This document shows, one piece after another, positions 60,501-64,000 of a stretch of 64,000 nucleotides of DNA (within the stretch, counting starts at the first letter, position 1; the number at the start of each line of letters is the position of its first letter). A program made the translations under genes and the position numbers. The notes below the pieces were generated by a model. The model was not told the origin of the DNA. It saw only the letters and a program-made list of their open reading frames with translations, and made no database searches. Source of the DNA: an uncultured Anaerolineales bacterium (GTDB taxonomy: Bacteria; Chloroflexota; Anaerolineae; Anaerolineales; Villigracilaceae); contig CASGHD010000029.1 in NCBI GenBank assembly GCA_949319575.1, positions 2,977-66,976 on the forward strand, given 5' to 3'.

Positions 60501-62048
60501 TTAAGGACGACCTTTTTGAAATTTGTAGTACACCACAAGTAAAACGATCAGGATGACAACGGCGGGCAACACCCCGGCGACGATCGCCACGGCGGGGTTG
60601 CTGTTCGTTCCCAAAATTGGACGGTCCAGCAAGCCTTCGGGGATGGGGGTGGGTGTCGGGGTGGGAAGACCGGCAAAGAGATTGGGAAACGCCGTCGCGG
60701 TTTCTATCGGAGTCGGATAGGCGACCGGCGGCAATTTCATTTCTTCGTCCAATGTCTTGTAGGTGAACCAAATTCCATGCGGGGGTCCGCCGGGGTCCAC
60801 CCTCCAAACAGCGAAAAGCACATTTCCCTGCACAACGACCGCCCGCACATCGTGCGGCGGATAATTCGTGATAAACCGTTCGGGATTCGACCAGATGCCG
60901 TCTTTAAATTCGCTGTGCCAGATACCGCCGATCACCCGTTCTTCGCCATTCTCAGTCATTTGAACGCGCTGAATAAATAAAGCGTGGGGAATATTTTCGC
61001 CATCCAACGCCATCGTATTTTCACCGCTCCTCCCTTGATGCCTGTTGAAAGGGATGAAGGGCGGCGTCCACGTATCGCCGTTGTCGTTCGAGATACTTAC
61101 AACCTGCATGGGGCGCCCCTGCTCCACAGGAAGGTTCGGATACGGGTTGCCACTGTTGTAAAACACGATCACCTGTTTGCCGGTATCCACCAACGATGGA
61201 TAGGATGGTCCGAAGGAACCCACGCCACCGCCTGTTTTTTGATTCAATGTGGTCGGTTGATTCCAACGATGCTCGACAAGATCGTATCGCGCGTAATGGA
61301 GGGAAATATCCGCGCCTAAATTAGTCACCACATTCCACGCCGCATGGACTGTATTATTCTGCCCCGGAAAGATTCGCAGGCTAAAGGGAACATTGCGCGA
61401 GTCGCGGGTCAGGAATACCGTTTCCGGATTGGACCAGGTTGAACCCGAATCGGTGGAGTACACGGAGTACACCCCCCCGCCGGCGATATTGCCTGAGTAG
61501 ATCACCACCAAATTTCCCTGGGCATCCCCTGAGATCGCGGCATAACTTGGGTCAATGGCTTGCGTTCCAATGATCGTGGGCGTAGACCACGCCCGGGCAG
61601 AGGCGGCTTCTTCGACCCTTGCCTGGGAATAATAAATATATTTCCTGGTTCTTTCTCCGCTGAAAAACAATAAATGGAACATCCCTGTTGGGTCGAGATA
61701 CACCCCTTGAATAACAGCATCGCTTTCGATGGGCGATAGCAAAATGTCGACCGGGGTTGTCCAGCCTGCCTCCAGGCTCCACTTCCGATATACCACCCCA
61801 TTCCTCACACCGGACCCGGTCCACTGCGTGGCGAACGCGTGGACGTAATGGTCCTGGTCGGCAACGATGAAGGGCGTATAGGTTTCATCGGCGTAGCCGG
61901 GCACTCGTTCGTTCGGCTTCCATGGGGATTCAGTTTTCGCCTCCACCTGAGCCGGAGGCTGTAAGCCCAAGGTTATGGCAATCAAAAACCCTACCAGCCC
62001 GCCAAGCCGACGAACGGGCAACGATACATTCCGTTTTTTGAACTTCAT
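60501..62048 (-). CDS. BNR/Asp-box (sialidase-like beta-propeller) protein with signal peptide and C-terminal TM anchor
   Basis: Asp-boxes STDSGSTW and SNDNGDTW; P/T linker; C-terminal AVAIVAGVLPAVVILIVLLVVYY-KFQKGRP. Confidence 0.82.
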   Translation of the reverse strand: MKFKKRNVSLPVRRLGGLVGFLIAITLGLQPPAQVEAKTESPWKPNERVPGYADETYTPFIVADQDHYVHAFATQWTGSGVRNGVVYRKWSLEAGWTTPVDILLSPIESDAVIQGVYLDPTGMFHLLFFSGERTRKYIYYSQARVEEAASARAWSTPTIIGTQAIDPSYAAISGDAQGNLVVIYSGNIAGGGVYSVYSTDSGSTWSNPETVFLTRDSRNVPFSLRIFPGQNNTVHAAWNVVTNLGADISLHYARYDLVEHRWNQPTTLNQKTGGGVGSFGPSYPSLVDTGKQVIVFYNSGNPYPNLPVEQGRPMQVVSISNDNGDTWTPPFIPFNRHQGRSGENTMALDGENIPHALFIQRVQMTENGEERVIGGIWHSEFKDGIWSNPERFITNYPPHDVRAVVVQGNVLFAVWRVDPGGPPHGIWFTYKTLDEEMKLPPVAYPTPIETATAFPNLFAGLPTPTPTPIPEGLLDRPILGTNSNPAVAIVAGVLPAVVILIVLLVVYYKFQKGRP

Positions 62049-62053
62049 ATGCC

Positions 62054-64000
62054 TCAGCCCCGCTTTCGACGGATAAAAACAAAACCTAACAGAACAACTA
62101 CGATCAGGAGGACTGAACCGATGATATTCCGCATGGAGTTATCGGAAAATACGGAGGTGTCCTCCCCAAAGTCGAAGGGTATCGACGTGGAGACCGGCTC
62201 CGCCCCGGGGGGCGGAGTCTCGTTGCCCTGATGTAGCGTTCCCGCGTTTGCCACGACAGCCACTTGAGAAAGATCGCCAAATCGATTCGCCGCCGCGCGG
62301 TTGATGGCAAGCACTTCATTCTTATGTTCATTCTCCAGGTTCGTGTACTCCACCTGTGCCAACGCGCTCAGTTCTCCCGTGCCCGTCAAACCGCCGGCGA
62401 GAGAGTAGGTAAGCCCATCCCCCTGGATAGCGATCTGTTGTGTAAACGTGGAACTCCACCCGCTTCCGTCCCACTCCCAGTCTTCCACAACCAGGTTCGA
62501 TTCTTTGAGAAAGGTGGGGCTTTCCTCTTCAACGATCCGAAGAAGATGCAAATCTCCGTTATGTTGCGCCAGCGCCACCGGGGTCACATTGCCGGCAACG
62601 CCCGTGATTTCGATCGGCGCGGACCAGGTGGCCCCTCCATCCGTCGAAATTTGATCAAAGTTGGAAACCACTTCATCGTTATTTTCCTGCCAGAGCCGGT
62701 GGACGATACCTTCTCCATACGAGACAGTATCAAGCCAGGTGATCGGCTTTTCGCTGACCAATTCCGGTTCGCTCCATGTGACGCCGCCGTCTTTGGATTG
62801 AATAGAGTTCAATTGATTCTCGGTTTTCGATTGATTTGAATCCACGAAAATAAGATGCAAAGTTCCGTCACTGCTCAGGCTGACCCGGGGGGTTTGAATC
62901 ATATCCCAGCCGCTTGTAACGCCATCAACGACCTTCACAGGAGCAGACCAGGTATCCCCTCGATCGGTTGATTTCACGAGGTAAATTCCCCGCTCTTCAT
63001 TAAATGGAACCGCGTACACGACGATCACTGTGCCGTCGCCGTCCACCAGAATATCGGGCGAACTGTTTATCTTGGATGGGGAAGGCAGGCTTTTAGGATC
63101 GACCCAATCGGTGGAATATCCCGCGCGACTCGCATCGACTACAGAATAGATCACCGAGCCGGTCGCTTCATTTGCCCAGGTTACAAAAAGATTCCCCTCC
63201 GGGCTGATTGCCATGGAAATATCGATCGGTTTGCCGTTCAAACCCCACAATAACCCGCGCGTCACAGCCCAACTTGCGCCGTCCCAGCGGGCATAGGCAA
63301 GCGAATGCTTAACCCCGCCCGGTCCAGGCAGGGTGCTCTCAGACCAGACCGTGTGCAACAGATTCCCATCGGAAACCTGCGCGAGCGAGCCTACTTTCGC
63401 CTCCGTTGCATCAATCAAAGGGAATGGGAAACTCCACGATTCAGTGGAGCCAAACCATTGATCCAACGGTTCGAGGGAACGCGATGTCACCCAACTGTCT
63501 CCGCCGTTGCCGAGGTCACAGCCGATCAGATATAGTTTGTCTTCAAACAAGGCATCGTCTTCACAGCGGAACACAATAGGATCGTAGGTCAGCGGATTCG
63601 AAAACAACGCGATCTCACGTTGGAATTGCAGGCTACCCCAACGCCCATCCTTCCAAGCCATAATAGCGGGGTCGTTCCCATCGTAGCGGATGAGGGTCAT
63701 GTAAAAGTTGTCCCGCTTGATGATGAATTCGACGCTGGTGGGGCATTGCGACAACGTATCCAACATCAACCGCGGGCTGGTCCAGGTTGCGCCGGCATCT
63801 GAGGAAGTCTGGCTATAGTACACGCACTGGCTCGCCCCCGCCTCTCCAACCTGATAGAGCAGGATAACATTCTTTTTATTGACGCCCATCTCCACGTTCA
63901 GGGGGATGCCGTACCCGCCCGTGTCTTCCGGACCTTTGAGCTGCGTCGCCTCCGTAAATTCATGCCCGCCATCCTCCGAAACAGATGTGAAGATACGTTT
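62054..64000 (-). CDS. BNR/Asp-box beta-propeller protein with C-terminal TM anchor (5' end outside window)
   Basis: Asp-boxes SSDAGATW, STDRGDTW, SKDGGVTW, STDGGATW; C-terminal IIGSVLLIVVVLLGFVFI-RRKRG. The frame stays open from 63895 to nt 64000 (…SEDGGHEF…), so the gene continues beyond the window. Confidence 0.82.
   Translation of the reverse strand, partial: KRIFTSVSEDGGHEFTEATQLKGPEDTGGYGIPLNVEMGVNKKNVILLYQVGEAGASQCVYYSQTSSDAGATWTSPRLMLDTLSQCPTSVEFIIKRDNFYMTLIRYDGNDPAIMAWKDGRWGSLQFQREIALFSNPLTYDPIVFRCEDDALFEDKLYLIGCDLGNGGDSWVTSRSLEPLDQWFGSTESWSFPFPLIDATEAKVGSLAQVSDGNLLHTVWSESTLPGPGGVKHSLAYARWDGASWAVTRGLLWGLNGKPIDISMAISPEGNLFVTWANEATGSVIYSVVDASRAGYSTDWVDPKSLPSPSKINSSPDILVDGDGTVIVVYAVPFNEERGIYLVKSTDRGDTWSAPVKVVDGVTSGWDMIQTPRVSLSSDGTLHLIFVDSNQSKTENQLNSIQSKDGGVTWSEPELVSEKPITWLDTVSYGEGIVHRLWQENNDEVVSNFDQISTDGGATWSAPIEITGVAGNVTPVALAQHNGDLHLLRIVEEESPTFLKESNLVVEDWEWDGSGWSSTFTQQIAIQGDGLTYSLAGGLTGTGELSALAQVEYTNLENEHKNEVLAINRAAANRFGDLSQVAVVANAGTLHQGNETPPPGAEPVSTSIPFDFGEDTSVFSDNSMRNIIGSVLLIVVVLLGFVFIRRKRG

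Overview
The window has two parts. Nt 1-14,700 is a mixed-strand region with these genes: a three-gene DNA-processing operon (a Cys-cluster protein, a RecQ helicase fused to a ComF-type PRTase domain, and a DprA-like protein); a DUF155-like membrane protein; two tandem HExxH metalloprotease paralogues; signal peptidase I; a YgiT-type zinc-finger protein; tRNA-Glu(UUC) with its own promoter; a small excisionase-family HTH gene; a C45 (Ntn) peptidase; and an ECF sigma / anti-sigma / bactofilin-like membrane protein operon. Nt 14,783-64,000 is one uninterrupted run of about 37 minus-strand genes, many of them translationally coupled, that form a very large cell-surface glycan locus. It contains a Wzz/BY tyrosine kinase, 7 GT4 and 4 GT2 glycosyltransferases, 4 GT-C (PMT/ArnT-like) membrane transferases, and a Wzy-like polymerase/ligase. 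It also has a Wzt/Wzm ABC exporter, WecB, a sugar nucleotidyltransferase, a sulfotransferase, Thr-nucleophile alkaline-phosphatase-superfamily enzymes, two hexapeptide acetyltransferases and an ATP-grasp plus Cys-less AsnB-like pair. A 964-aa beta-helix secreted protein and two membrane-anchored BNR/sialidase-like proteins complete it; the last BNR gene runs off the window. Intergenic gaps carry several families of hairpin repeats. These include a ~153-bp MITE present twice, each copy with its own perfect 9-bp target-site duplication. Gene content, T/P-rich linkers and repeat style suggest a Chloroflexota (Anaerolineae-like) genome, but that is inference only. No rRNA, CRISPR array, integrase or transposase gene was seen. 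The best candidate for an undescribed system is the RecQ-PRTase / DprA-like operon at 2-4370.
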